From Deltaproteobacteria bacterium (GTDB lineage: Bacteria > Desulfobacterota > Syntrophia > Syntrophales > UBA5619): a stretch of DNA of 42,243 bases. The first letter of the stretch is position 1. Every line of letters starts with the position of its first letter. The position numbers and the translations under genes are program-made. Below, piece by piece: positions 15,271 to 24,055 of this stretch. The notes below the pieces were generated by a model. The model searched no databases. It was given only the letters and a program-made list of their open reading frames with translations, and was not told the DNA's origin. The DNA lies in assembly GCA_016935075.1 (NCBI GenBank), contig JAFGRP010000025.1, positions 1 through 42,243 on the forward strand. Reading direction: 5' to 3'.

Positions 15271-17217
15271 CTATATCTCCCGTGCAATCCGTGCGGCATC
15301 GGCAATGGCCGCCAGGGCGTTGGCCGGCTTGAGGGCGTCTCCCACCACATGGACTTGAGCAACTTTACCCTCCAAGGTTCTGGCCAATTCGTCGCGGGGT
15401 CTTGCGCCGACGGCCAGGACCATCGAATCGAAGGAACCGATATTCTTTTTTCCGCATTCTTTCCCGTTCACCATGACCCCATCGCCGGACACGCGCTCCA
15501 CCTTGGTGGAGACGAATATTTCGACACCGTGATCGGAGAGACATTGATTCATGTATGGTTTTCTCACGATACCGATTTCTGACGCGATTTCGTCCAACAT
15601 CTCGACGACGGTCACTTTTTTCCCCTGTTCCGACAGAAATTCTGCGGTCTCGATGCCCACCATCCCGCCGCCGATCACGAGCACCCTGTTTCCGACATTA
15701 CCTGCATTGCCCGCCAGAACGTCATGCGCGGTCACGACCTTGAGATCCTCCGACCCGGGGATTTTGAGGAGGATGGGCGTTACGCCCGTCGCAACGATTG
15801 CGACATCCGATCCCGCCGCCGCAATATCTTCCGCCGTCGCCTTTTTGCTGAGCAAAACCTTTACCCCAAGCTTTTCGATCTGGTTTTTGTACCAGCGTAT
15901 CACTTCGAGATATTCCTCTTTACGGGGGGGAACACAGGCGAGGATCCACTGGCCGCCCAATCGATCCGTCTGTTCGTAAAGCGCCACATCATGGCCCCTC
16001 AGTGCGGCGACCCTCGCCGCTTCCAGACCGGCGGGTCCGCCGCCGATCACAGCGACTTTTTTCGGACTCTCTGTCTTGGTGATTTCGTATTCATCCTCCT
16101 TGCCCACTTCAGGATTGTAGAGGCACGTCCAGGATCTCCCGGCCCGGACCTCGTCGTAACATCCCTGGCAGCATCCGATACATCGCCGTATTTCGTCCGG
16201 GATGCCATCGACAACCTTCTTCGCCCAATCGGGATCACAAACAAGCGCCCTGCCAAGGCCGATGATGTCGGCCTGTCCTTTTTCCAGAATCTCTTCCGCT
16301 TGCCGGGGAGTGATGATTCTCTGGACAACGATCACGGGTACATCGACGAACGGTTTGATCTGCGCGACGAGGTCCACGATACAGCCTTGACCCGCATCGA
16401 CGGGGGGCATACCAAGGTGCCTCACGTGATGCCCGGCGCCGGCGGTAAAGTGCAGGGCGTCCGCACCCGCCTCGACCAGCATGGGCGCCATCCTTTTGGC
16501 CTCTTCAACCGTAATCCCCCCTTCGACGAGATCCGAGGCCACCATTCGGAAGACCACCGGATAAGCCCTCCCGGTCCTCTTCTTGATCCGCTTGACGATC
16601 TCCAGGGGGAATTTCATGCGGCCTTCAAGACTGCCGCCGTACTCGTCGGTCCTCTTGTTGAAAAGCGGCGTCATGAAATTCTGCACGAGGAATCCCTGCA
16701 CCCCCTGAATTTCGACCATGTCCGCCCCGGCTTCTTTTGCCCGGGCGGCGGCGGCGGCAAAGTGTTCCACGATCTCCTCGATCTCCCCTTTGGTCAGGGC
16801 GCGGCATTTCTCCCCCGTGACCGGGGAAACCATCTCCGATGGCGCAACGGCCTCGGTATGCGTCACGTGGAAGTGGGATTGACTCCCGGCGTGACACAGC
16901 TGCAGCGATACCTTCATGTCGTAATCGTGCATGGCCGCCACAAAGTCTTTCCATGCCGGAATGAACCTGTCGTCCCAAATTGCGTCGTGACGATCCTCAG
17001 GTTGGACATTCGGCATGATCGTACAATTGCCCACAGTGGCCAGCGCGATGCCGCCCTGCGCACGCCTCAGATAGAACCGTTTTTCCTTTGCCGTAACGAA
17101 ACCGTCCGCAGCTCCCAGACGCGTGACCATGGGCGCCTGGATAATACGGTTCTTCAACTTGACGGAACCGATTTGAATCGGAGAAAATAGACGATGGAAA
17201 TCCCGCTGATTCGACAT
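15271..17217 (-). CDS. OYE-family FMN / [4Fe-4S] / FAD-NAD(P) oxidoreductase (2,4-dienoyl-CoA reductase / enoate reductase family)
   Basis: 648 aa. The N-terminal OYE barrel is LFSPIQIGSVKLKNRIIQAPM. The FadH-type cluster motif is C-IG-C-CQG-C-x11-C (RCIGCCQGCYDEVRAGRSWTCLYNP). The Rossmann motif is KKVAVIGGGPAGLEAA, with a second GxGxxG (RVLVIGGGMVGIE). Confidence 0.9.
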   Translation of the reverse strand: MSNQRDFHRLFSPIQIGSVKLKNRIIQAPMVTRLGAADGFVTAKEKRFYLRRAQGGIALATVGNCTIMPNVQPEDRHDAIWDDRFIPAWKDFVAAMHDYDMKVSLQLCHAGSQSHFHVTHTEAVAPSEMVSPVTGEKCRALTKGEIEEIVEHFAAAAARAKEAGADMVEIQGVQGFLVQNFMTPLFNKRTDEYGGSLEGRMKFPLEIVKRIKKRTGRAYPVVFRMVASDLVEGGITVEEAKRMAPMLVEAGADALHFTAGAGHHVRHLGMPPVDAGQGCIVDLVAQIKPFVDVPVIVVQRIITPRQAEEILEKGQADIIGLGRALVCDPDWAKKVVDGIPDEIRRCIGCCQGCYDEVRAGRSWTCLYNPEVGKEDEYEITKTESPKKVAVIGGGPAGLEAARVAALRGHDVALYEQTDRLGGQWILACVPPRKEEYLEVIRWYKNQIEKLGVKVLLSKKATAEDIAAAGSDVAIVATGVTPILLKIPGSEDLKVVTAHDVLAGNAGNVGNRVLVIGGGMVGIETAEFLSEQGKKVTVVEMLDEIASEIGIVRKPYMNQCLSDHGVEIFVSTKVERVSGDGVMVNGKECGKKNIGSFDSMVLAVGARPRDELARTLEGKVAQVHVVGDALKPANALAAIADAARIAREI

Positions 17218-17247
17218 TCGATCACTCCTTCATTTCTCTTGCTCTTC

Positions 17248-17271
17248 GGATTCCGTTCGGAAACGGAATCC
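17248..17271 (-). promoter_or_regulatory. 10-bp perfect stem-loop between the TAXI permease stop and the reductase start
   Basis: GGATTCCGTT-CGGA-AACGGAATCC. It has no U-tract and ends 30 nt upstream of the reductase ATG. It may be an mRNA processing, stability or attenuation element. Confidence 0.3.
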
Positions 17272-17306
17272 TGCCTTTACCTTCTCGATATTTTCGATTG
17301 AAACCC

Positions 17307-19367
17307 TTATCCTACGGCATCTTCCGATTCGGCAATATTCCTGCCGCTTTCGTCCAGAAAATGTTTAACTTCCTCCTGGTCCACATCCAGCTTGTCCATT
17401 TCGACCAGAGGCGCCTGCTCGGCCCTCTTGCAGATCAAAGGAATGGGCGAAACCGGAAGGAAGAAATGGGAGAGCAGACCGATACCGACCAAAACGAACC
17501 CGATAAAATCGGTCATCAGACTTGAAGACATCAGGAGCAAACCTCCCCCGAAAAAGAGAAAACGCTCAAGCACCGTTGTCGGTCTTTTAATATGGCCGAA
17601 TGTGGCCGCCTCGATAAAAAACATCGCCACCATGCAACCGATCAATACCCTCAGCGATTCCATCACTGTACCTTCCATGAGTATGGCAGGTTGAAAAATG
17701 AAAAAATAGGGGACGATATATCCGCCGAGGCTCAAACCCATGGCATAAACGGCAACACGCAACCAGGATCCTCCCGATATGGCACGCGCCGTGAAAACAG
17801 CCACGCAGACGGGCGGCGTGATTGCCGCCGCGATCGCGAAGTAGAAGATGAACAGATGCGTAGCCAGCAAGGGCAAATCCAGGCTCTTCATGATCGGCAT
17901 CAAGGCGGCGGCGGCCACCACGTAGGCGGCCGTCGTCGACATGCCCATGCCAAGGACGATTGCGACGATCATAACGCCAAACAGGGCGTAAATTTTTATC
18001 CCTCCGGCGATTTCCATGATGAACTGGGAGATCATGATGCCGAATCCCGTCGCGTTGATGATGGTGACCACCACCTGGACGCAACTCATCATGACGACCA
18101 GCATGACGAGAGACCCGTTGACGCCGCTGTAAAACGCCTTCAAAATTCCCTTGACCCTCGGCCATATTACCGAGGGTTTCCAGGAACCGTAGAACAGAAA
18201 AATGGCGATCGCCGAAATCATCGCAATGGCGCCGCATTTCTCAGGCTGGACATAGGTTATCAGCAGATACACCAGGAGCCCGATGGGTACGACCGTGCCC
18301 AGAATTTCTTTCAGATTCGACAATTCCTCGGCCTTCGGAATCAGACGGGTCGGGAGCTTGCCCAAACCGTTTCGCCCGGCGAGACAATAGACCCCGGCGG
18401 CGATTCCGAATACGAAACAGATGGAGGGAATGATCGCTGCCTTCACGACCGAGGCGTAGCTGATGCCCACCAGCTCCGCCATAATGAAGGCGCCGGCCCC
18501 CATGATCGGTGGCAGGATCTGCCCGCTGCAGGATGCCGCCGCCTCGGTCCCGCCCGCAATTTCCGGTTTGTAGCCGAACTTCTTCATGGTGGGAATCGTG
18601 AAAGTCCCTGTCGTGGCGACGTTTGCCACCGTAGCGCCCGTGATCATTCCCAAAAATGAGCTCGCAATAACGGCGATCTGCGCTGCGCCACCGCGAATCC
18701 TGCCTCCAATGAAACGAGACAGTTTAATGAAGAAGCTGCCAAGACCCGTCGCAAAAAGGACCGGGCCCAAAAGAATAAAAATGGCGACGAGACGGCTGAC
18801 CATATCCGTCAGGACTCCCCAGACGCCCTCTGTTGTAAGATAAAAGACGTAAAACAGTTCGTAGACGGGGTAATGGGCATGGCCCCATTCGCCCGGGATA
18901 TGATGGCCGAGCAGCATGTAGGCGGTGAAGACGCCTACCAGAATGGGAACCATGATCCCGATGGTCCTCCGCGTCGCTTCAAGAAGAACGAAAAACAGTA
19001 TCCCGCCGAGGTAAAGATGGTACGTCTCAAAGCTGAACGGCATGAGAACAAACGTTTCCCAGAAAAGGCTGATGATCAGGCAGGGAACAACCCCCATAAC
19101 CGTCAAGAGAATATCCAGCACCGAGGGATAATTTTTCGTTCCGTAGACCAACAGGGCGCAGGATTTCGACTGTTCTTCCGCAAGATGACGTTTGCTCATG
19201 GGGAAATTGATAAAAACGATGGACAAACCCATGGCCACCATCAACGAACCCTGAAGAGCGGGGTGAAAGGCGCCCAGCAGACAAGTCCCGATTACGAAAA
19301 CGACAGTGATGACCGTAATGACGACCGTGTAACCCATCCAGAATCCGGTAAGATTTCTTTTGTTCAT
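17307..19367 (-). CDS. TAXI-type TRAP transporter fused (4TM/12TM) permease
   Basis: 686 aa from ATG 19367 (MNKRNLTGFWMGYTVV...), preceded by GGAGG about 11 nt upstream. It is polytopic throughout and sits downstream of a TAXI binding protein gene. The track start at 19451 adds an Arg-rich non-membrane leader. Confidence 0.9.
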   Translation of the reverse strand: MNKRNLTGFWMGYTVVITVITVVFVIGTCLLGAFHPALQGSLMVAMGLSIVFINFPMSKRHLAEEQSKSCALLVYGTKNYPSVLDILLTVMGVVPCLIISLFWETFVLMPFSFETYHLYLGGILFFVLLEATRRTIGIMVPILVGVFTAYMLLGHHIPGEWGHAHYPVYELFYVFYLTTEGVWGVLTDMVSRLVAIFILLGPVLFATGLGSFFIKLSRFIGGRIRGGAAQIAVIASSFLGMITGATVANVATTGTFTIPTMKKFGYKPEIAGGTEAAASCSGQILPPIMGAGAFIMAELVGISYASVVKAAIIPSICFVFGIAAGVYCLAGRNGLGKLPTRLIPKAEELSNLKEILGTVVPIGLLVYLLITYVQPEKCGAIAMISAIAIFLFYGSWKPSVIWPRVKGILKAFYSGVNGSLVMLVVMMSCVQVVVTIINATGFGIMISQFIMEIAGGIKIYALFGVMIVAIVLGMGMSTTAAYVVAAAALMPIMKSLDLPLLATHLFIFYFAIAAAITPPVCVAVFTARAISGGSWLRVAVYAMGLSLGGYIVPYFFIFQPAILMEGTVMESLRVLIGCMVAMFFIEAATFGHIKRPTTVLERFLFFGGGLLLMSSSLMTDFIGFVLVGIGLLSHFFLPVSPIPLICKRAEQAPLVEMDKLDVDQEEVKHFLDESGRNIAESEDAVG

Positions 19368-19466
19368 AAAAAACGGCGCCTCCGTTGCTCTCCGATCCCC
19401 TCGCAGTTGGGTATTGCCGGGGGAACGACCTGCTCTGTTTTCAGGAAGCAAGTCCTGCTGAATAAC

Positions 19467-19533
19467 CTGTTCCTGCGGGAGCCGGCGATCCCGTTTTTGA
19501 AAAAACGACGGGTATAGGCTCTCGCAGGAACAG
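19467..19533 (-). promoter_or_regulatory. 17-bp intercistronic stem-loop between the lipoprotein/TAXI-SBP genes and the permease gene
   Basis: CTGTTCCTGCGGGAGCC (19467-19483) pairs with GGCTCTCGCAGGAACAG (19517-19533) at 16/17 positions. The loop itself holds CCCGT...ACGGG. Hairpins after binding-protein genes commonly set the SBP:permease mRNA ratio. Confidence 0.5.
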
Positions 19534-19556
19534 ATATTATGAAATGGAATTTCCGC

Positions 19557-19958
19557 TTATTTTAATTTCATGGGAACCTTGCACTGCGCTTTGCTTCCCT
19601 TGTTCCCGTTCGCGTAAAGGTCCCATGTCCCTGGAACAAGAACCGCCTTGTCCGGATAGGCCGATTTTCTCTGAAGTGTGCCCTTGTCTGACGCGACGAC
19701 GGGCTTGTTTGCCTGTTCGCCGATAAGCATGGGAAGACCGTTTATATTGAGTTCCAGTTCTATGGTTTCGCCGGGCTTGAAGCCTGAACCCGTGATGAGC
19801 ATATCCGCCTTGGGGAGTCCGGTTCCCGTGACGGATATCTGGGCGGCTGATCCCGCGGATTCCTTGACTGGCATCGTGGAACAGGCGGAAAACAGGAACA
19901 GCCCCAAAACGATCAAAATTCCCGCGTAACGGTACGAGGTCCTAAAACGATTATTCAT
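19557..19958 (-). CDS. small lipoprotein of unknown function embedded in the TAXI-TRAP operon
   Basis: 133 aa from ATG 19958, with AGGAGG 8 nt upstream. The lipobox is MNNRFRTSYRYAGILIVLGLFLFSA-C. The mature part is beta-rich (ISVTGTGLPKADMLITGSGFKPGETIELELNINGLP), suggesting an Ig-like fold. Confidence 0.7.
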   Translation of the reverse strand: MNNRFRTSYRYAGILIVLGLFLFSACSTMPVKESAGSAAQISVTGTGLPKADMLITGSGFKPGETIELELNINGLPMLIGEQANKPVVASDKGTLQRKSAYPDKAVLVPGTWDLYANGNKGSKAQCKVPMKLK

Positions 19959-19994
19959 CGCACACACCTCCTTTAATGTCTTTGGATGCCCTGA

Positions 19995-20978
19995 CTATTT
20001 CGCTTCGGGCGGGATCAGTTTGTCGGGAATCTTGTAGCCGAGTTCGGTGTAGGCCTTCACCGCGCCCTTGTGCAGGGGCACGTTTACATACTTGACCGTT
20101 TGTTCGAACATCTTCGCCCACTCCCCGACTTTGGTTACCTGGACGGTGTCGGCGATTTCCTTTCGATGGGAATATGCCGACTTTACGATCTTGTAGATGA
20201 CGTCCTCGGGAACGCTGGTGTTGGTGTAGTCCCCGCAGGTATATGCCTGGAACATCACGTCGTTCGGTTGATCCCTGTACGTTTTGGCAGGCAAAATATA
20301 GGGGATCGCATGGTTGGGAAATGCCTTTTCCATGATAGCCAGTTCTTCTTTTGTGGTTCCCAAAAATTTCAGTTTCTGCACAGCCTCGATTTCCAGAACC
20401 GAGGCATCAAGGGGCCCAATCCGATAATAGGCGTCGATCGTACCACCTTTCATCGCATCGATGGTGGCGCTGGTCCCCATGAGCTTGAGATCCGGTTTGA
20501 TACCCAACGAATCCCATAATCTTTTAATGATAATGGCTCCGTAGGTGCCCGGTATAAAACCGACACGCTTGCCGTGAAGATCGTGCATGGTCTCAATCCC
20601 CCTGCCCGCGATGGCAATGTTCATGATGGGACCTACGTATCCGCCCCAGAGGCTCCGGATCGTCGGAACGGGTTTCCCTTCAAACTCTAAGATTCCCTTG
20701 TACATCGCATACGCACCGATATTGTTTGTCAGACCGACCTGACAAAGGCCTCTTGAAACACGCACCAAATTGTCGAGCAAACCGCTGGTTTCCATGGGAA
20801 CGATGGAAACCTGCCCTTTCAAGTCCTGGTTCACGTAGCGGGCAAGCGTGGCGACGTAAGTGAACATCGCGATACGAGGCGTCTGAGCCCCCCACTTGAT
20901 CCGGTACGCCTCGGCAAACGCGTCCGTGGAGAACACGGTTGCCAGGAAAATAACCGCCAATATCCATGTTTTTTTCAT
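19995..20978 (-). CDS. TAXI-family TRAP transporter solute-binding protein
   Basis: 327 aa from ATG 20978 (MKKTWILAVIFLATVFSTDAFA signal peptide). METSGLLDNLVRVSRGLCQVGLTNN...LHGKRVGFIPGTYGAIII...DAMKGGTIDAYY matches the TAXI (TIGR02122-like) pattern. Confidence 0.9.
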   Translation of the reverse strand: MKKTWILAVIFLATVFSTDAFAEAYRIKWGAQTPRIAMFTYVATLARYVNQDLKGQVSIVPMETSGLLDNLVRVSRGLCQVGLTNNIGAYAMYKGILEFEGKPVPTIRSLWGGYVGPIMNIAIAGRGIETMHDLHGKRVGFIPGTYGAIIIKRLWDSLGIKPDLKLMGTSATIDAMKGGTIDAYYRIGPLDASVLEIEAVQKLKFLGTTKEELAIMEKAFPNHAIPYILPAKTYRDQPNDVMFQAYTCGDYTNTSVPEDVIYKIVKSAYSHRKEIADTVQVTKVGEWAKMFEQTVKYVNVPLHKGAVKAYTELGYKIPDKLIPPEAK

Positions 20979-21198
20979 AATCATACCCTCCCTCTCAAAG
21001 CAATCTTTCTTTTGGTTTTCAAACCGTACACCCGGACCGAAACAAGCAATTTGCACTTCCGTTTCCAACCCCGCATTAAAAACCTCCGCAACATCGCTTA
21101 TATTGAAACGGGCCTCTTACAACACCGGCAGATGGAATGGAATAATTCCGCCTGCCGGTTGTTCATTTTCGGATTGCAGACCCTCTGCTGATAAGGGT

Positions 21199-21678
21199 TT
21201 ATGCCTTCGGAATCTGATTCTTCGTGAAATAGGTATAAGCCTTCCGCGTCGCTTCATCCGTCGCAACGAGTTTGAGCGCCTCCTGCCATTCGGGAGAATC
21301 CCACGACCCTACCGCCTGATGCGATGCCCAGAAATTGGAATCGATGGGGTGCGTTCCCATGACCACCTTCATCCCGTAGGATTTCTCGCAGAGGTCTTGC
21401 ATATATTTCAAGTTAGGGCAAGGCGGATATGCACAGTGGAAACCCGATGCAAAGAAGGCAAGTTCGATCCCCGCTTTTTTCCATTCGGCGAAGATCTTGT
21501 TGCCTGCGGACGAGTTACATCCGCTGCAGCCGACATAGGACACCAGTTCAAGGTCGACGTCCTTGTAAGGGGCAAACGCGCCTTCCCTGTCGTTTAATGC
21601 CCTGAAACACTTCATGCCGGGGCACCTGAAACAATGCTTTTCGCAGAGCAAAATACCGATTTTCTTTTTTTCTTTCAT
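21199..21678 (-). CDS. CGGC-domain protein (Cys-rich, unknown function)
   Basis: 159 aa. KIGILLCEKHCFRCPGMKCFRAL...VSYVGCSGCNSS...FHCAYPPCPN matches my memory of the CGGC domain family (the conserved GC-x-GC core is here GCSGC). Confidence 0.65.
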   Translation of the reverse strand: MKEKKKIGILLCEKHCFRCPGMKCFRALNDREGAFAPYKDVDLELVSYVGCSGCNSSAGNKIFAEWKKAGIELAFFASGFHCAYPPCPNLKYMQDLCEKSYGMKVVMGTHPIDSNFWASHQAVGSWDSPEWQEALKLVATDEATRKAYTYFTKNQIPKA

Positions 21679-21848
21679 TTTATGCCTCCTGATTTATTAA
21701 GTTATCCCTTTTTATATCTTACGATTCGATTCGAAAAAGCCAACAAAAGTGAGGGAGCAACTATCATATTCGGCTGTTCTGATCAAGTCATTTCAACCGT
21801 CCTGAATATGAATAGGCAAAAACATTTTTCAAGGCAGCCGCGCCCCGC

Positions 21849-21897
21849 TCCGGAGCGGCAAATCGATTTTTCCCGTTCTTCGGTTTGCCGCTCCGGA
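21849..21897 (-). terminator. 14-bp perfect stem-loop just downstream of the CitE-like gene
   Basis: TCCGGAGCGGCAAA (21849-21862) is the exact reverse complement of TTTGCCGCTCCGGA (21884-21897), with a 21-nt loop. It begins 11 nt after the stop at 21908 on the - strand. The U-tract is weak. Confidence 0.4.
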
Positions 21898-21907
21898 ATC
21901 CGTCCTA

Positions 21908-22804
21908 TTACCCCTTTTTCCGCATGGCTTCCATATCGGCGATTTCCTTCATGGTCGCCAGGATCTGCCGGGCATTCTCATAAACCGGCGTATCGACCAT
22001 CTTCCCCTTGTAGGAAACGGCGGCGGCGCCCTTGGCGATACCCTCTTCCTCGAAGATCTTCACGATGCCGGTCGCCCACTCGACATCGTCCGCCGACGGC
22101 ATGTAGAGCCGGTGCGAAGGCTCGATCTGGCTCGGATGGATCAGCATCCTGCCCTCATACCCCATCTGCCGGCCCTGCAGGACGCTCGCCTCGAACGCCT
22201 CGACGTTCTTGTAATCGACGAAGGGGCAGTCGATGGCAACGCAGCCGGCGGCGCGGGCTGCCACGGCGGTGTAGTAACGCCCGTAGAGCTGTTCGGTACC
22301 CTCGGAGGTCAGCTTCACCCGCATGTCCTTCGTATAATCCACGGCGCCGAAGATCAGCGAGTTCACCCGTTTGCTGGCGGTGGCCGAGGGGTAAGCGTTG
22401 GCCATCCCCTTGGCCGTTTCGATCAGAAGCTGAATGGCGATGCTCCCCACCTTGAGGCCCCTTCTGCGCTCCAGCTCCTCCAGCTTCCAGTCGAGCCGCT
22501 TGACATTGTCCGCCTCGCCGGTCTTGGCCAGACAGACACCGGAGAGCCCCTCATGGACGATCGCTTCGAGATCGTCGTTCGTCATCAGGGTTTCCCAGTT
22601 GTTGACCCGGGAATAGACCTTCGATCCGCCTGTTCCGGCGTGTTTGAGGTTTTCGCGGACGATTTCCCTGGCCTTCGGCTTTTCAGCGGGCGGAACGGAA
22701 TCCTCCAGGTCCAGGGTGATGATGTCCGCCGGAAATTCCGGCGCCTTGGCAACCATCTTTTCGTTGTTGCCCGGAACATAAAATACCGATCTCATAACTG
22801 CCAT
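21908..22804 (-). CDS. CitE/HpcH-family acyl-CoA lyase (citryl-/malyl-/citramalyl-CoA lyase-like)
   Basis: 298 aa. RSVFYVPGNNEKMVAKAPEFPADIITLDLEDSVPPAEK and ...MLIHPSQI are citrate lyase beta-like hallmarks. An RBS AGGAG lies inside the end of the upstream gene. Confidence 0.85.
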   Translation of the reverse strand: MAVMRSVFYVPGNNEKMVAKAPEFPADIITLDLEDSVPPAEKPKAREIVRENLKHAGTGGSKVYSRVNNWETLMTNDDLEAIVHEGLSGVCLAKTGEADNVKRLDWKLEELERRRGLKVGSIAIQLLIETAKGMANAYPSATASKRVNSLIFGAVDYTKDMRVKLTSEGTEQLYGRYYTAVAARAAGCVAIDCPFVDYKNVEAFEASVLQGRQMGYEGRMLIHPSQIEPSHRLYMPSADDVEWATGIVKIFEEEGIAKGAAAVSYKGKMVDTPVYENARQILATMKEIADMEAMRKKG

Positions 22805-22808
22805 AATC

Positions 22809-23747
22809 CTAATCTCCTTTCTTGACGTTGGGTTGTTTTACCCTCAATTTTCCCCGCTCTTTGAGTTCCCTGAGCTTCCCGGGGATCTCGTTGGGATTGT
22901 CCACCACGATGATCCCCGCTTCCCTGAGCCGTGTAATCTTGTCCTGAGTGGACCCGCTGCCGCGCTCGACAATCGCACTGGCATGGGAAAACTTCATCCC
23001 CGCCGGCGCCCATGCGCCGGACACGTAGATGATAATCGGTTTGGTAAATTTGCCGGCCTTGACCAATTGCGCCGCCTCTTCCTCGTGCGAACCGCCCATC
23101 TCGCCGAAGATCGCCATCACGTCCGTATCCGGATCTTCCTCAAACAGCGGCAGGACGTCCGCAAAGGACATGCCGGTGATCGGCTCCGTTCCGACATGAA
23201 GGACGGTACTGATGCCGAACCCCGCCTGGGTGATCACGTAGGGAAGCGTCCCCGACTGTCCGCCGCTGCGGGAGATGACCCCGACATGGCCGGGCACGAA
23301 ATGCCTGCCGGCGAATTCGACCGATCCGCCCAGCCAGCCCAGGGCGCCGATCCCCGGAGTATTCAACCCGATGGAACCCGGCCCCAGAAGCATCGCGCCC
23401 TTCCGTTTCCCGTAGGCGACCATCTCGAGAATATCGTACAGGGGAACGCGCTCGACCGGCATCACGATCCATTTGATGTCGGAGTCCAGCGCCTCGAAAA
23501 CGGCGTCCTTCAAACCCGTCCCCGGGATGAATGTCACGGAAACATCGAAGAGACCGTGGTTTTTCACCGCATCCTTCACCGTATTGTATACGGGGATTCC
23601 ATCCACCTCCTCGCCGCCGCGGCCGGGTGTGACCCCGGCAACCACATTCGTACCGAGGCGCCGCATGAACTTGGCCCGCATCGACCCTTCCCTCCCCGTG
23701 ATCCCCTGAACCACCACTTTCGTTGATTTCGTCAACAAGATAGCCAT
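22809..23747 (-). CDS. SucD-like CoA-binding (alpha) subunit of an ADP-forming acid--CoA ligase
   Basis: 312 aa from ATG 23747. ILLTKSTKVVVQGITGREG...VAGVTPGRGG aligns with the SucD N-terminus. VGVISRSGG and MKFSHASAIV align with the SucD phosphohistidine loop MGHAGAII. Confidence 0.85.
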   Translation of the reverse strand: MAILLTKSTKVVVQGITGREGSMRAKFMRRLGTNVVAGVTPGRGGEEVDGIPVYNTVKDAVKNHGLFDVSVTFIPGTGLKDAVFEALDSDIKWIVMPVERVPLYDILEMVAYGKRKGAMLLGPGSIGLNTPGIGALGWLGGSVEFAGRHFVPGHVGVISRSGGQSGTLPYVITQAGFGISTVLHVGTEPITGMSFADVLPLFEEDPDTDVMAIFGEMGGSHEEEAAQLVKAGKFTKPIIIYVSGAWAPAGMKFSHASAIVERGSGSTQDKITRLREAGIIVVDNPNEIPGKLRELKERGKLRVKQPNVKKGD

Positions 23748-23767
23748 ATTTTCACCACCTTTTCTGG

Positions 23768-24043
23768 TTAGGATATTCCGTGCTTCTTCCGGTACTCTTC
23801 CAGCCCCGGGATGGGCGCCTCGATCCGGATGGCCCCTTTCCCCCTGAACCAGCACTCATATTCACATGCCAGGCACTCCGTCCCGAGGCGCTTGGCATCC
23901 CCCTCCACGACGGGCTTGCCGTCCTTCAGAACCAATATCCCCCGGGCGTAGGTCTTGCAGGCTGCAATGCAGGCCTTGGATTCGCACTCCTTGCACTTTT
24001 CGTCATCGATGATGACTCTGATCGTCTGTTCTTGAAACTCCAT
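23768..24043 (-). CDS. 7-Cys ferredoxin-like small protein encoded between the two ligase subunits
   Basis: 91 aa with C17-x2-C20-x4-C25-x3-C29 and C57-x2-C60-x3-C64. It lies 12 nt after the SucC-like stop and 20 nt before the SucD-like start. Confidence 0.7.
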   Translation of the reverse strand: MEFQEQTIRVIIDDEKCKECESKACIAACKTYARGILVLKDGKPVVEGDAKRLGTECLACEYECWFRGKGAIRIEAPIPGLEEYRKKHGIS

Positions 24044-24055
24044 GGGTGGCCTCCT

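Noticed and set aside
21634-22455. 273-aa + strand ORF overlapping the CGGC-citE spacer and citE.
   Set aside because: Its product is an extreme Arg/Pro/Ser repeat (RRRRPWRYPLPRRSSRCRSPTRHRPP...). It is antisense to the well-supported CitE-like gene.
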